A stretch of DNA of 32,000 nucleotides from Microcystis aeruginosa NIES-843 (lineage in GTDB: Bacteria > Cyanobacteriota > Cyanobacteriia > Cyanobacteriales > Microcystaceae). Position numbers and translations under genes: made by a program. Below are positions 7,825 through 16,991 of this stretch, one piece after another; the stretch's first letter is position 1, and every line of letters starts with the position of its first letter. Location of the stretch: NCBI RefSeq assembly GCF_000010625.1, contig NC_010296.1, positions 3,720,001 to 3,752,000 on the forward strand. The letters run 5' to 3'. Below the pieces are notes generated by a model that made no database searches, was not told where the DNA came from, and saw only the letters and a program-made list of their open reading frames with translations.

Positions 7825-9195
7825 TTAGTTTTGTTTTTCCTTTAACCATTTTCCCCAATAATAAAAAGGAATAACTCCTCCCAAACCAAGAGCAAGAAAA
7901 ATACAAATAAGCATTAATATTCTGGTTTCTAAGGGAAGTGTACGCCCAAAAAAATCAAGGGTATAAGGTTTAGATTTTGATGCTACTTTCTGAGTAAAAA
8001 CTGTGGCTACATATTCGCCTCCTCGTCGAACGTTGGGTTGGATATAACTGATTTCGTATCGTCCTTGAATCGCATCAAGGAAAATTTCTAATTTCTCGGC
8101 AATTTCATCAGCATCACCAGCAAATTCAGTAACTCCTCCTGTTAACTTCGCAATTTCCGCTAACTGTTTTTGATCTACAAATTCTTTTTCTAGTTGCTCT
8201 CTAGTTGCTTGGGATAATTTTGGGTTATTAATATCTCCACGAACAGCAGGTTTACCTAAGGAATATTTTTTGCCTAATTGTTGTGGGGTTAAGCCATATC
8301 CTAGGGTATGAACAACAATATCTTTATTGTTCTGAAGATTGGCTAAAGTTTTCTGAACTTCTTGATAATTACTATTATTATCAAAGCCATCAGAAAGGAG
8401 AATAATTGAGAGTCGTGGTTGAGGTTTTAAAGGTTTTCCTTCTTTATCTTTAGGATAGAAACGACCTTCTTTATCGTTTTTAAAAAATTTGACGGTTTCT
8501 TTGAGAGCTTGATAGAAGTTGGTCGTTGCACAAGGAGTTTTATCCGCAAGACTACCTAGAAAATTAGTTAGTTTAACATCTTGCACTAAATTAAAATTAT
8601 CGAGAGTTTCTGAAGTAACTTTTGGGTAATAATCACAGGCTCCAGGCTTGTCATTTTTACCTTCTACCCCAAAGGGAACAATAGATAAATAGGTGTTGCC
8701 TTTACGCTCTGAGGCTAATTTAATAAATGTTCCCAGCGCGTTAATTGCTGCATCTAATTTTCGCTTTCCTTTAGCAACCGCTTTGGCATCACATTTTGTG
8801 TTGAGATCCTGAGAACAATTCATACTACCACTAAAGTCGATGAGAACGACAATCCAAGCATCAGGAGGAGTCGTTTCTCGGGGAGACTTCCAGTCAAAAG
8901 GTAGTTGTTTTCCTTGATAAGTTTTGTTGTTTTTTTTATCAAGAACTTTCAGCTGAAAATCGCTTTCAGCTAAACCCATAATCGGTTTACTTTCTTCTCC
9001 TGTCACTTGAATTTGAAGAGTCACTTTATCGTCGATGTCCTCAATATCTGTGATTTCAGGTTTAATTCCCCAAGCTGGGGTAATAAGAGCGGTTAACATA
9101 ATCATTGATAAACTAAGCTTGTGGGTCAAGGAAGCGATTGTAGAAGACGAAACGATAGATTTTGGGTTCATCGGGGTTGTGGTTATCTTTAACAT
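7825..9195 (-). CDS. Exported von Willebrand factor A (vWA) domain protein with a C-terminal membrane anchor
   Basis: It has the MIDAS motif VVLIDFSGSM and later ILLSDGFDNNS. The N-terminal region is signal-like (MIMLTALITPAWG). The C-terminal TM segment is ILMLICIFLALGLGGVIPFYYW. The start is uncertain (9195, 9171 or 9105); the first two overlap the 3' end of the upstream gene. Confidence 0.8.
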   Translation of the reverse strand: MLKITTTPMNPKSIVSSSTIASLTHKLSLSMIMLTALITPAWGIKPEITDIEDIDDKVTLQIQVTGEESKPIMGLAESDFQLKVLDKKNNKTYQGKQLPFDWKSPRETTPPDAWIVVLIDFSGSMNCSQDLNTKCDAKAVAKGKRKLDAAINALGTFIKLASERKGNTYLSIVPFGVEGKNDKPGACDYYPKVTSETLDNFNLVQDVKLTNFLGSLADKTPCATTNFYQALKETVKFFKNDKEGRFYPKDKEGKPLKPQPRLSIILLSDGFDNNSNYQEVQKTLANLQNNKDIVVHTLGYGLTPQQLGKKYSLGKPAVRGDINNPKLSQATREQLEKEFVDQKQLAEIAKLTGGVTEFAGDADEIAEKLEIFLDAIQGRYEISYIQPNVRRGGEYVATVFTQKVASKSKPYTLDFFGRTLPLETRILMLICIFLALGLGGVIPFYYWGKWLKEKQN

Positions 9196-10219
9196 GGAAG
9201 GTGAGTAGGTTGTTGTGTTTAAGGGGAATTTCTTTGGTGCTAGTTAAAGGTATGCCGTTGAGTTCGATAAGGTTGTAAAATGTTGGGTTAGGATCTAAAA
9301 TGGCATCACGGCGGGTAATTTTGATGTCAGCAATATGGGGGGGGAGTCCGGGGAGATAAATATCCGATCCTCTTTCTACACCATCAGAACCTTTAGTTTT
9401 GGGGACAGAACCAATTTTGATGATTCCTTTGGCGGGAAGTTGAATCGACAGTCCCTCTTCGATTTTTTCCGCATCCGATTCACTGACAAATTTGAGCGTT
9501 TTATGGATGTTAGGAAAGACTGAATTAATGGATGTAAATTGAGGATCGATGCTTTCGAGTTCGGGAATGATTTTTCTGTACTCGAATCCTTTACCGGCTC
9601 TCAGTGCCGCCATGTAGCTAGGAGAATTAGTAATTGTAAAGGTTAGGCCGAGCAATAAGCCTAAAATGGCAAATCCGAGGGGATCTTCTGCTTTTCTAAA
9701 CGCTTCTGAAGTGCCTAACCATTGACGAATAAATTCAAAGATTCCCACCGCTACTAAACTGGCAACACCCGCACCGATGATGCTAGTATATAACCGTTGT
9801 CGAAAGCGATCGCGATCCCCCGCTTCCATGCTGTAAAATTGCCAAGTAAGTCCTTCGGCTAATCCAACGGCTGCACCGACAAAAAGCCAACCTAAAAGTC
9901 TGCCTGGAAATTCAGCAACTCCAGATTGAATTAATAGCTGAAAGATTCCACCCGCAGCTAATCCAGCAATCAATCCGATTAAGGTGGCAATTAATAGGGG
10001 AACTAAAGCAATCCGAAAGTTGAGTTTAGGACGGGTGGGATTACTAATAAATATTTCATTCATTACCATCCCAATCCCTAAGGATATAGCGACGCAGGGG
10101 AAAAGAACCACCTCTGGAAACCGAGACAGGATTTTTAAATCAGTCAAGAAAATCTGACCGATATTCCAGCCAATTAAAGCCGAGGTTATTCCTGCTAGTA
10201 TGTAAAGCCAAATTCTCAT
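9113..10219 (-). CDS. Polytopic membrane protein with a C-terminal degenerate FHA-like domain
   Basis: The 368-aa ORF has about 6 hydrophobic, Gly-rich helices in residues 1-200. The C-terminus (KIGSV...GSDIYLPGLPPHIADIKITRRDAIL...ELNGIPLTSTKEIPLKHNNLLTF) follows the FHA layout but lacks the canonical GR and SxxH residues. Confidence 0.65.
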   Translation of the reverse strand: MRIWLYILAGITSALIGWNIGQIFLTDLKILSRFPEVVLFPCVAISLGIGMVMNEIFISNPTRPKLNFRIALVPLLIATLIGLIAGLAAGGIFQLLIQSGVAEFPGRLLGWLFVGAAVGLAEGLTWQFYSMEAGDRDRFRQRLYTSIIGAGVASLVAVGIFEFIRQWLGTSEAFRKAEDPLGFAILGLLLGLTFTITNSPSYMAALRAGKGFEYRKIIPELESIDPQFTSINSVFPNIHKTLKFVSESDAEKIEEGLSIQLPAKGIIKIGSVPKTKGSDGVERGSDIYLPGLPPHIADIKITRRDAILDPNPTFYNLIELNGIPLTSTKEIPLKHNNLLTFHVKDNHNPDEPKIYRFVFYNRFLDPQA

Positions 10220-10230
10220 AGGTTTAAAAA

Positions 10231-12540
10231 TTATCCTCTTGGGGGAGTTGACGAATCGATAATTGGTTTTACTTTACCGCAAATTGGTGTATTACTTAAT
10301 GTTTGACCTAGTTGAGCAGCTACATCACACTTCAAAAGGTTATAGGTATTCTTTCCATAGTTAATCACTCCATCAACATCAATCTTAATAGATGGCTCCT
10401 TTTTAAGTCTAGATTTAAGACTTTCTTGGTATTGTAAAATAGCTTTAACCCAAGCTTCTTTATCTTCTACTTCAGTCATAGGACTAAGGTAAATTTCAAA
10501 TTCATTATTGGGATCAAGAACCTTAATTACACTAGATGAAGATGAAGATGAAGTATCAAGACCAAAAGCTTGGTCCAATTCTTTTACTAAAGTTTCTAAA
10601 CTCAATTTGGTCTTTTGTGATTTATCAAATTCCGAGACTGCCTTTTCAATTTTTTGGTCTCTTGTCGGAGATGGGGTAGCCACTTTAACTTGAGAAAACC
10701 CTAGCTTTTTACAATTGTCAGCAGTTGCTTGAGTTGCTTGCAGTTGCATATTTTGAAGCAGATTACATTTTAGAGCTTGATAAGTTTTTCCATCTTTATC
10801 AATAATGCCATCGAAATCATCAGAATTAGATGGTGTAACTTTATATAATTGATAATACAATATAGACAAAATCCACTTTTCTTTATCTTTATTATCTTCT
10901 GTTTTATTTAGAGTCTTAAGCTCAAAAGAGTTATTGGGATCGAGAATTTTTGAAATAGCTTCATCAATCTCATTCTTGTTATGTTTAGAAGCATCTGCTC
11001 TAGTAGTTTGCTTCAAATCTTGTTGAATTTGTAGTAATGACCCTTTAGTCTTTGGAAAGCTTTTGATCGCTTTTTTAATAATCGGCGATTCTGAATTGTT
11101 TGATCCTCCGGGTAAACCGGGTACAGATAAATTAGCTAAATTCAATAATCTTTGAAGGAAAAATCCTCCTAAAGTGAATATAAGCAAAAAATAAATAATA
11201 GCAATAAAACAGCCAGATGCTCCACCTCTAAACACGGAAGATAGGAGAAATATTGCTGTTTCTTTTATTTCTCTACCTGTCCATTGTTGCTTAGGTATTT
11301 CTCTTTTAACTGGAAGTCCAAAAATAGAAGTTTCATTTTTTAATCCCAGACTTATATAAGTTTTATATATTTTTCCCCAAAGACCGGTTTCATCTGATAA
11401 AAATTTGGCGGCTACCTCTGTTAGTTTTGGTCGATCAATCACATTAAGAATGAGGATATTAATGCCTTTGGTAATTTTATCAGATATAACTGAATCTTGA
11501 TTGAGAATAACCCTTAAAATTTCCTGTTGAAAACTCTGAGATATTGGATAATAATCCTTCTCTTTTTTCATTATCCAAGCGACAAAATCTGGCAGCTTTT
11601 CAGGGCAAATGATGGCTTGTAGCGTCAAGAGGCGTACTTTATATTTATCATAAATTCCCTGTTGATAAGCATATTCAGAGCCTTCATTTTCAAAAATATC
11701 CCCCCAAAAGGTTGTATAATCCTGTTGAATTTTAGGATTGTTCAAAGCCTTTTCTATAGTTACTAAATTGTTTTGAAAGTTTCCTGTACGGCAGGAATTT
11801 CTGACGGCAATTTTAACAGAAGTTTCTTTTAATGGTGTAGTAAGCTGAGGAATACTCGCTATTTGTGATTTTATTCTGCCCTCTGCTTTTTGATTCGCAG
11901 GATGAATGACTAAAAAGCGATTTGGTTTCTCTAAATCTTCTACATTCCAGGCCCAAGAAATCAATTCATTATATCTTGCTGGGTCAGTTTTAGAGGCAAT
12001 TTTATGAATGATTAAAGCAGGATATGGTGTCTGCTTCTGAGGAATAATTATCGGTGTTTTTCCTTCCCAAATCCCATCCAACTCATGCGGAATATAGTCA
12101 TTAATTTGAGTTTCAGTATCGTCATATTCTGTAGGATAACCGACTTGTTTATGATCGGAGGGGTTAAAAGTTGGCATTCCATTTTTCATGTACCAAGATA
12201 CAAGATCAGGCAGCTTACCCCTTTCCTGACACAAGAAATAGCGATAGAGAGATACACACCGTCCCCGTTCATCTATCCCCCGTGTGACGACGGCAATGAC
12301 TGACCAAGCCTCTCCATGATATTCCACTTCCCGTCCAATAATGGCGGGATTTTGGCTAGATGCGCCTTCAGAAACGGCAAATTCCCGATTTTTGATCGCT
12401 AACTGTACAGGTCTAGGAATTTTAGCAAGGGTTGAGTTCATGTACTCTCCCGAAAAACCCCGCGACCTCCACTCACCATTATCGTCAGTGCCATCGACTA
12501 AAATACCCGTGCTAAATTCATGAATGTGAATAATAGTCAT
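10231..12540 (-). CDS. Large single-pass membrane protein, paralog B (769 aa), unknown family
   Basis: It has a soluble N-domain of about 440 aa (MTIIHIHEFSTGILVDG...). Its TM segment is CFIAIIYFLLIFTLGGFFLQ. The C-terminal region consists of two internally repeated domains of about 120-130 aa. It is a tandem paralog of 12621-15221. Confidence 0.8.
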   Translation of the reverse strand: MTIIHIHEFSTGILVDGTDDNGEWRSRGFSGEYMNSTLAKIPRPVQLAIKNREFAVSEGASSQNPAIIGREVEYHGEAWSVIAVVTRGIDERGRCVSLYRYFLCQERGKLPDLVSWYMKNGMPTFNPSDHKQVGYPTEYDDTETQINDYIPHELDGIWEGKTPIIIPQKQTPYPALIIHKIASKTDPARYNELISWAWNVEDLEKPNRFLVIHPANQKAEGRIKSQIASIPQLTTPLKETSVKIAVRNSCRTGNFQNNLVTIEKALNNPKIQQDYTTFWGDIFENEGSEYAYQQGIYDKYKVRLLTLQAIICPEKLPDFVAWIMKKEKDYYPISQSFQQEILRVILNQDSVISDKITKGINILILNVIDRPKLTEVAAKFLSDETGLWGKIYKTYISLGLKNETSIFGLPVKREIPKQQWTGREIKETAIFLLSSVFRGGASGCFIAIIYFLLIFTLGGFFLQRLLNLANLSVPGLPGGSNNSESPIIKKAIKSFPKTKGSLLQIQQDLKQTTRADASKHNKNEIDEAISKILDPNNSFELKTLNKTEDNKDKEKWILSILYYQLYKVTPSNSDDFDGIIDKDGKTYQALKCNLLQNMQLQATQATADNCKKLGFSQVKVATPSPTRDQKIEKAVSEFDKSQKTKLSLETLVKELDQAFGLDTSSSSSSSVIKVLDPNNEFEIYLSPMTEVEDKEAWVKAILQYQESLKSRLKKEPSIKIDVDGVINYGKNTYNLLKCDVAAQLGQTLSNTPICGKVKPIIDSSTPPRG

Positions 12541-12594
12541 TATTTTAATCCTTATCTAATTCTTTGTGATGTTGAGCATAGGTTTAAAAATTAT
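12541..12594. repeat. Tandem-duplication junction relic
   Basis: 12541-12575 copies 15222-15256 with one mismatch; that source segment is the 4-nt spacer plus the last 31 nt of the third GTPase gene. 12577-12594 (cataggtttaaaaattat) is identical to 10217-10234, which is the start codon of the FHA-membrane gene plus its spacer. Confidence 0.75.
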
Positions 12595-12620
12595 TATTCT
12601 CCTGATGGATTAGTTGATGA

Positions 12621-15221
12621 CTAGGATGGATCAATTGGTTTTACTTTATCGCAAATTTCTGATGTCTCCTTACTTAATGTTTTACCCAGTTGAGCAGCTA
12701 CATCACACTTCAAAAGGTTATAGGTATTCTTTCCATAGTTAATCACTCCATCAACATCAATCTTAATAGATTGCTCCTTTTTAAGTCTAGATTTAAGACT
12801 TTCTTGGTATTGTAAAATAGCTTTAACCCAAGCTTCTTTATCTGCTGGTTCAGTCATACGACTAAGGGAAATCCCAAATTCATTATTGGGATCAAGAACA
12901 TTAATTACATTATATGAAGATGAAACAGAAAAAGCCTCATCTAATTCTTTTACTAAAGTTTGTAAACTATATTTTGTCTTTTCTGGTTTATCAAATTCTG
13001 GGACTGCCTTTCTGATTGCTTCCTCTTCTGTTGTAGTTGGAGTTGGAGTTGGAGTTGGAGCGGGAGTTGAAGATGAAGCGGGAGTTTTAGCCACTTTAAC
13101 TTGAGAAAACCCTAGCTTTTTACAATTGTCAGCAGTTGCTTGAGTTGCTTGCAGTTGCATATTTTGAAGCAGATTACATTTGAGAGCTTGATAAGTTTTT
13201 CCATCTTTATCAATAATGCCATCGAAATCATCAGAATTAGATGGTGTAACTTTATATAATTGATAAGACAATATAGATAAAATCCACTTTTCTTTATCTT
13301 TATTATCTTCTGGTTTATTTAGAGTCTTAAGCTCAAAAGAGTTATTGGAATCGAGAATTTTTGAAATAGCTTCATCAATCTCATTCTTGTTAGGTTTAGA
13401 AGCATCTGCTCTAGTAGTTTGCTTCAAATCTTGTTGAATTTGTAGTAATGACCCTTTAGTCTTTGGAAAGCTTTTGATCGCTTTTTTAATAATCGGCGAT
13501 TCTGAATTGTTTGATCCTCCGGGTAAACCGGGTACAGATAAATTAGCTAAATTCAATAATCTTTGAAGGAAAAATCCTCCTAAAGTGAATATAAGCAAAA
13601 AATAAATAATAGCAATAAAACAGCCAGATGCTCCACCTCCTCTAAACACGGAAGATAGGAGAAATATTGCTGTTTCTTTTATTTCTCTAAATACTGGTTC
13701 ATACCAAGGTATATCTCTTTTAACTTTAATATCAAAATTATAAACTTCATCCCCCTTCAATTTATGGCGTTTATATACGTCACTAGGAATCTTTTCCTGG
13801 GCGAGATGATAAAAGAAAACGGTTAAACTATATCCTTGATCTGATGGAACTTTTTCTTCTAGTTTATCAAATAGGTGAGCAAGATGGATGTATTTTTGAG
13901 TTTTTTCACTGGGATAAAAAAGAGAATCCCAAACTTTACTTAAGTCATCTTTAATTTCTTGCCAAGGTGCATCATCTAGTTTTCTTTCTTTTAAACTTTT
14001 TTTCAGTTTTTTACTGGTATCATCTTTGTATATTCTGCCCCAGAGTCCTTTTTTATCTGATAAGAGTTTAGCTGTAGCATCTATCAATTCTGGCTGCTCA
14101 ATGACATTAAGAATAAGTCTATCAATACCTTGGGTGATTTTACTAAATATAGTAGGTGCAAGGGGGTAATCACCTTGTGGGTTGATTGCGTTTACAATCT
14201 CCCCTTGAAAACTCTGAGATATTGGATAAGAATCCTTATCTTTGTTCATTATCCAAGCGACAAAATCTGGCAGCTTTTCAGGGCAAATGATGGCTTGTAG
14301 CGTCAAAAGACGTACATTAGATTCATTATAAATTCCCTGTTGATAAGCATCTTTGGAGCCTTGTCCTTCAAATATGGAATTCCAAAAGGTTTTATAATCC
14401 TGTTGAATTTTAGGATTGTTCAAAGCATCTTCGATAGGGGCTAAATTTTCTTGAAAGTTTCCTGTCCGGCAGGAATTCTTAATAGCAGTTCTGATTAGGG
14501 GTTCTTCGGGTATAGCCGGGGGAAGTTGAGGAATACTGTTTATTGTGGCTCTTATGGTCTCCTCTGCTTTTTTGCTGGCGGGATGAATGACTAAAAAGCG
14601 ATTTGGTTTCTCTAGAGCCTCCACATTACAGGCCCAAGAAATCAATTCATTATATGTTGCTGGGTCAGTTTTAAAGGCAATTTTATGAATGATTAAAGCA
14701 GGATATGGTGTCTGCTTCTGAGTAATAATTATCGGTGTTTTTCCTTCCCAAATCTCATCCAACTCAGGCGGAATATAGTCATTAATTTGAGTCCCAGTAT
14801 CGTCATATTCTGTAAACTGACCGACTTGTTTATAATCAGAGGGGTTAAAAGTTGGCTTTCCATTTCTCGTATACCAACATAAAAGATCAGGCAGCTTACC
14901 CCTTCCCTGACACAAGAAATAGCGATAGAGAGATGCACCCCGTCCCCGTTCATCTATCCCCCGTGTGACGACGGCAATGACTGACCAAGCCTCTCCATCA
15001 TATTCCACTTCCCGTCCAATAATGGCGGGATTTTGGCTAGATGCGCCTTCAGAAACGGCAAATTCCCGATTTGTGATCGCTAACTGTACAGGTGTAGGAA
15101 TTTTAGCAAGGGTTTTGTTCATGTACTCTCCCGAAAAACCCCGCGACTTCCACTCACCAGCACCGCCAGTGGCATCGACTAAAATACCCGTGCTAAATTC
15201 ATGAATGTGAATAATAGTCAT
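12621..15221 (-). CDS. Large single-pass membrane protein, paralog A (866 aa), unknown family
   Basis: It has the same architecture as paralog B. It carries an insertion of about 100 aa before the TM helix and a longer Thr/Pro linker between the two C-terminal repeats. The start ATG 15221 is 4 nt downstream of the preceding GTPase gene. Confidence 0.8.
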   Translation of the reverse strand: MTIIHIHEFSTGILVDATGGAGEWKSRGFSGEYMNKTLAKIPTPVQLAITNREFAVSEGASSQNPAIIGREVEYDGEAWSVIAVVTRGIDERGRGASLYRYFLCQGRGKLPDLLCWYTRNGKPTFNPSDYKQVGQFTEYDDTGTQINDYIPPELDEIWEGKTPIIITQKQTPYPALIIHKIAFKTDPATYNELISWACNVEALEKPNRFLVIHPASKKAEETIRATINSIPQLPPAIPEEPLIRTAIKNSCRTGNFQENLAPIEDALNNPKIQQDYKTFWNSIFEGQGSKDAYQQGIYNESNVRLLTLQAIICPEKLPDFVAWIMNKDKDSYPISQSFQGEIVNAINPQGDYPLAPTIFSKITQGIDRLILNVIEQPELIDATAKLLSDKKGLWGRIYKDDTSKKLKKSLKERKLDDAPWQEIKDDLSKVWDSLFYPSEKTQKYIHLAHLFDKLEEKVPSDQGYSLTVFFYHLAQEKIPSDVYKRHKLKGDEVYNFDIKVKRDIPWYEPVFREIKETAIFLLSSVFRGGGASGCFIAIIYFLLIFTLGGFFLQRLLNLANLSVPGLPGGSNNSESPIIKKAIKSFPKTKGSLLQIQQDLKQTTRADASKPNKNEIDEAISKILDSNNSFELKTLNKPEDNKDKEKWILSILSYQLYKVTPSNSDDFDGIIDKDGKTYQALKCNLLQNMQLQATQATADNCKKLGFSQVKVAKTPASSSTPAPTPTPTPTTTEEEAIRKAVPEFDKPEKTKYSLQTLVKELDEAFSVSSSYNVINVLDPNNEFGISLSRMTEPADKEAWVKAILQYQESLKSRLKKEQSIKIDVDGVINYGKNTYNLLKCDVAAQLGKTLSKETSEICDKVKPIDPS

Positions 15222-15225
15222 TGTT

Positions 15226-16140
15226 TTAATCCTTATCTAATTCTTTGTGATGTTGACCGGTACAAAGCCAGTAAATCGGGGAAACTAAACCAAAGGGTCG
15301 CCACCGCTTCGGATCGCGGATAATAGAAGTTGTTCCTTGGCGATCGCGTTGTTTTTCGATCGAGTTGGGTTCGGGATAATTGGTTCCCAACGTACCAAAG
15401 GCAGAAGTGGCAAAATAGTCCACTTCACCTCCTCCCCTATCTACCCAGTTTTCTAATTTATTTTGCATCAGAGGAAAGCGTCTTTGTGTCAATTTTCTCG
15501 GTTCATGACGACTCACCCACAGTTGACTCAGTTCGCACTTACTAACCGCAAAAGCAACGCGGCGCTGTTTGGGATTAATATCCACCCTGTCTAAAGCCGC
15601 TAAAAATTTTTCTAGTCCAATAGCATAGTCTTTATCTTTGCGGTGAGAGGTTCCATCCACTAACAATAAAAGACCTGTAGCCACCACACAGTCTTCGAGA
15701 TAGTCAACTAAGCGCGGATCGCCGGTTTTGTTAATGAGATCCCGAAGAAACTCGCCGGAATAATCTTTACAGTTAACATTGAGACGTATTGCGCTAGAAG
15801 ATAGGCCTCTTTGCAGATTTTTCAAAGAAAATTGTTCTTTGAGAACAATACTTAATCCATAATCTTTGACTTCATCAACGGTGGCTTCTAGGGGAGTTGG
15901 TTCTAATTCTAGTCCCTGTTCCAAGATGTTCTGTGCCATGTTCATCAGTTGTGCGCTGGCTTCTTGGTTCCCCACTGGAGTCACCGATTGAACTGGACTA
16001 TCGGCCTTAGCATTTGGCCAATAGGCGAGGGAAGCCATATAGGCGGTTTTACCAGCATTGCGATCGCCAATAACCCGTATTTCGGCATTGGCATCTTTTA
16101 ATTCAGGAGCTTTTGGTTTTAACCAGTCAAACGCTTTCAT
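15226..16140 (-). CDS. Small P-loop GTPase-like protein, paralog 3
   Basis: I moved the start to ATG 16140, which is preceded by AAGGAG and a 6-nt spacer. It overlaps the upstream stop by 14 nt. Motifs are G1 GDRNAGKT, G3 DYSGE, G4-like VSKCE and G5-like ATSAFG. The C-terminal motif IRDPKRWRPFGLVSPIYWL is shared with paralog 2. Confidence 0.75.
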   Translation of the reverse strand: MKAFDWLKPKAPELKDANAEIRVIGDRNAGKTAYMASLAYWPNAKADSPVQSVTPVGNQEASAQLMNMAQNILEQGLELEPTPLEATVDEVKDYGLSIVLKEQFSLKNLQRGLSSSAIRLNVNCKDYSGEFLRDLINKTGDPRLVDYLEDCVVATGLLLLVDGTSHRKDKDYAIGLEKFLAALDRVDINPKQRRVAFAVSKCELSQLWVSRHEPRKLTQRRFPLMQNKLENWVDRGGGEVDYFATSAFGTLGTNYPEPNSIEKQRDRQGTTSIIRDPKRWRPFGLVSPIYWLCTGQHHKELDKD

Positions 16141-16972
16141 TTTTGGCTCCTTGATTTGGTTTTTTACTGAGCCAATAGAGAGGTTCAATTAGATTATAAG
16201 GTTGCCATGAGTTTGGTTGTCTAATCACCGAAGCCGGTTCTTCTCCTTTCATCCGATCTTCTCGGTTAGGACGGGGATTATCTCTGCCTAAAACGCCAAA
16301 GGTAGAAAGGGCAAAAAAACGCAGATTTTGGGGAATAACTTTTTCTCGCAAGGTTTTAGTAGTTTCTCGTAAATGGACAGCGAACAAATCAATTTCTGGG
16401 TCAAGCCTACCGGGCCAAATTTCTCCTCTTTCACATTTACTCATAACTATTGCTAACTTCAAATTCTGAGAACGACCCCGCTCATCCATTAATTTAAGGA
16501 ATTGTTTCATGATTCTGTTATAAAAGTTATCAGTTCCTGGTTCCCATCCTGTTAGCATAATTAGACAGCCGATGACATCGGTAAAACATTCATTAATAAA
16601 ATCTTCATGGATAGGCTTTCTTGCACTGGGACTGGCAATTGCCTCAAAGACTTCTCCGGGATAATCTCTAGCGGTTAATTGAAAAGTCTCCGTGGAACTA
16701 TACCAATAGGGTTTGGCTGTGATACCAAAGGAATAAAAGGGTAAGTCATCTACTGACTCAATCTCTTGTCCGATGACGGTTCTATCTAGATCGGCCGCTT
16801 GTTTGAGAATATTTTCAGCTTTTTCAGCAAGTATTCTTGTGGCAGGATTTTGGGGGTTGACAGTAAATAGTTTTTTGCCTTGTTTGTGTTCTTTAAAGTA
16901 GGATAAAGCCGCTAAATAGGTGGTTTTTCCTGCTGCTGTCGGTCCAATTACAACAATATTTCCACTGGTCAT
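16127..16972 (-). CDS. Small P-loop GTPase-like protein, paralog 2
   Basis: Motifs are G1 GPTAAGKT, G3 DYPGE, G4-like MSKCE and G5-like ALSTFG. The C-terminal motif is IRQPNSWQPYNLIEPLYWL. An AGGAG lies 5 nt upstream of ATG 16972. Confidence 0.8.
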   Translation of the reverse strand: MTSGNIVVIGPTAAGKTTYLAALSYFKEHKQGKKLFTVNPQNPATRILAEKAENILKQAADLDRTVIGQEIESVDDLPFYSFGITAKPYWYSSTETFQLTARDYPGEVFEAIASPSARKPIHEDFINECFTDVIGCLIMLTGWEPGTDNFYNRIMKQFLKLMDERGRSQNLKLAIVMSKCERGEIWPGRLDPEIDLFAVHLRETTKTLREKVIPQNLRFFALSTFGVLGRDNPRPNREDRMKGEEPASVIRQPNSWQPYNLIEPLYWLSKKPNQGAKNESV

Positions 16973-16991
16973 TTTTACTCCTATTTTAACT

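Noticed and set aside
10231-15221. Long direct repeats that could be mistaken for a repeat array, CRISPR or IS element
   Set aside because: The repeats are two full-length protein-coding paralogs with intact frames. There is no short repeat-spacer periodicity, no terminal inverted repeats and no transposase.
9335-15545. Short plus-strand or alternative-frame ORFs: 9335-9523, 10508-10693, 12085-12303, 12341-12523, 12886-13104, 14729-14953, 14965-15204 and 15330-15545
   Set aside because: All are embedded in the long minus-strand genes. Several occur in pairs (12341 with 14965, and 10508 with 12886) only because their host genes are duplicated. That pairing shows conservation of the host gene, not of the shadow ORF.
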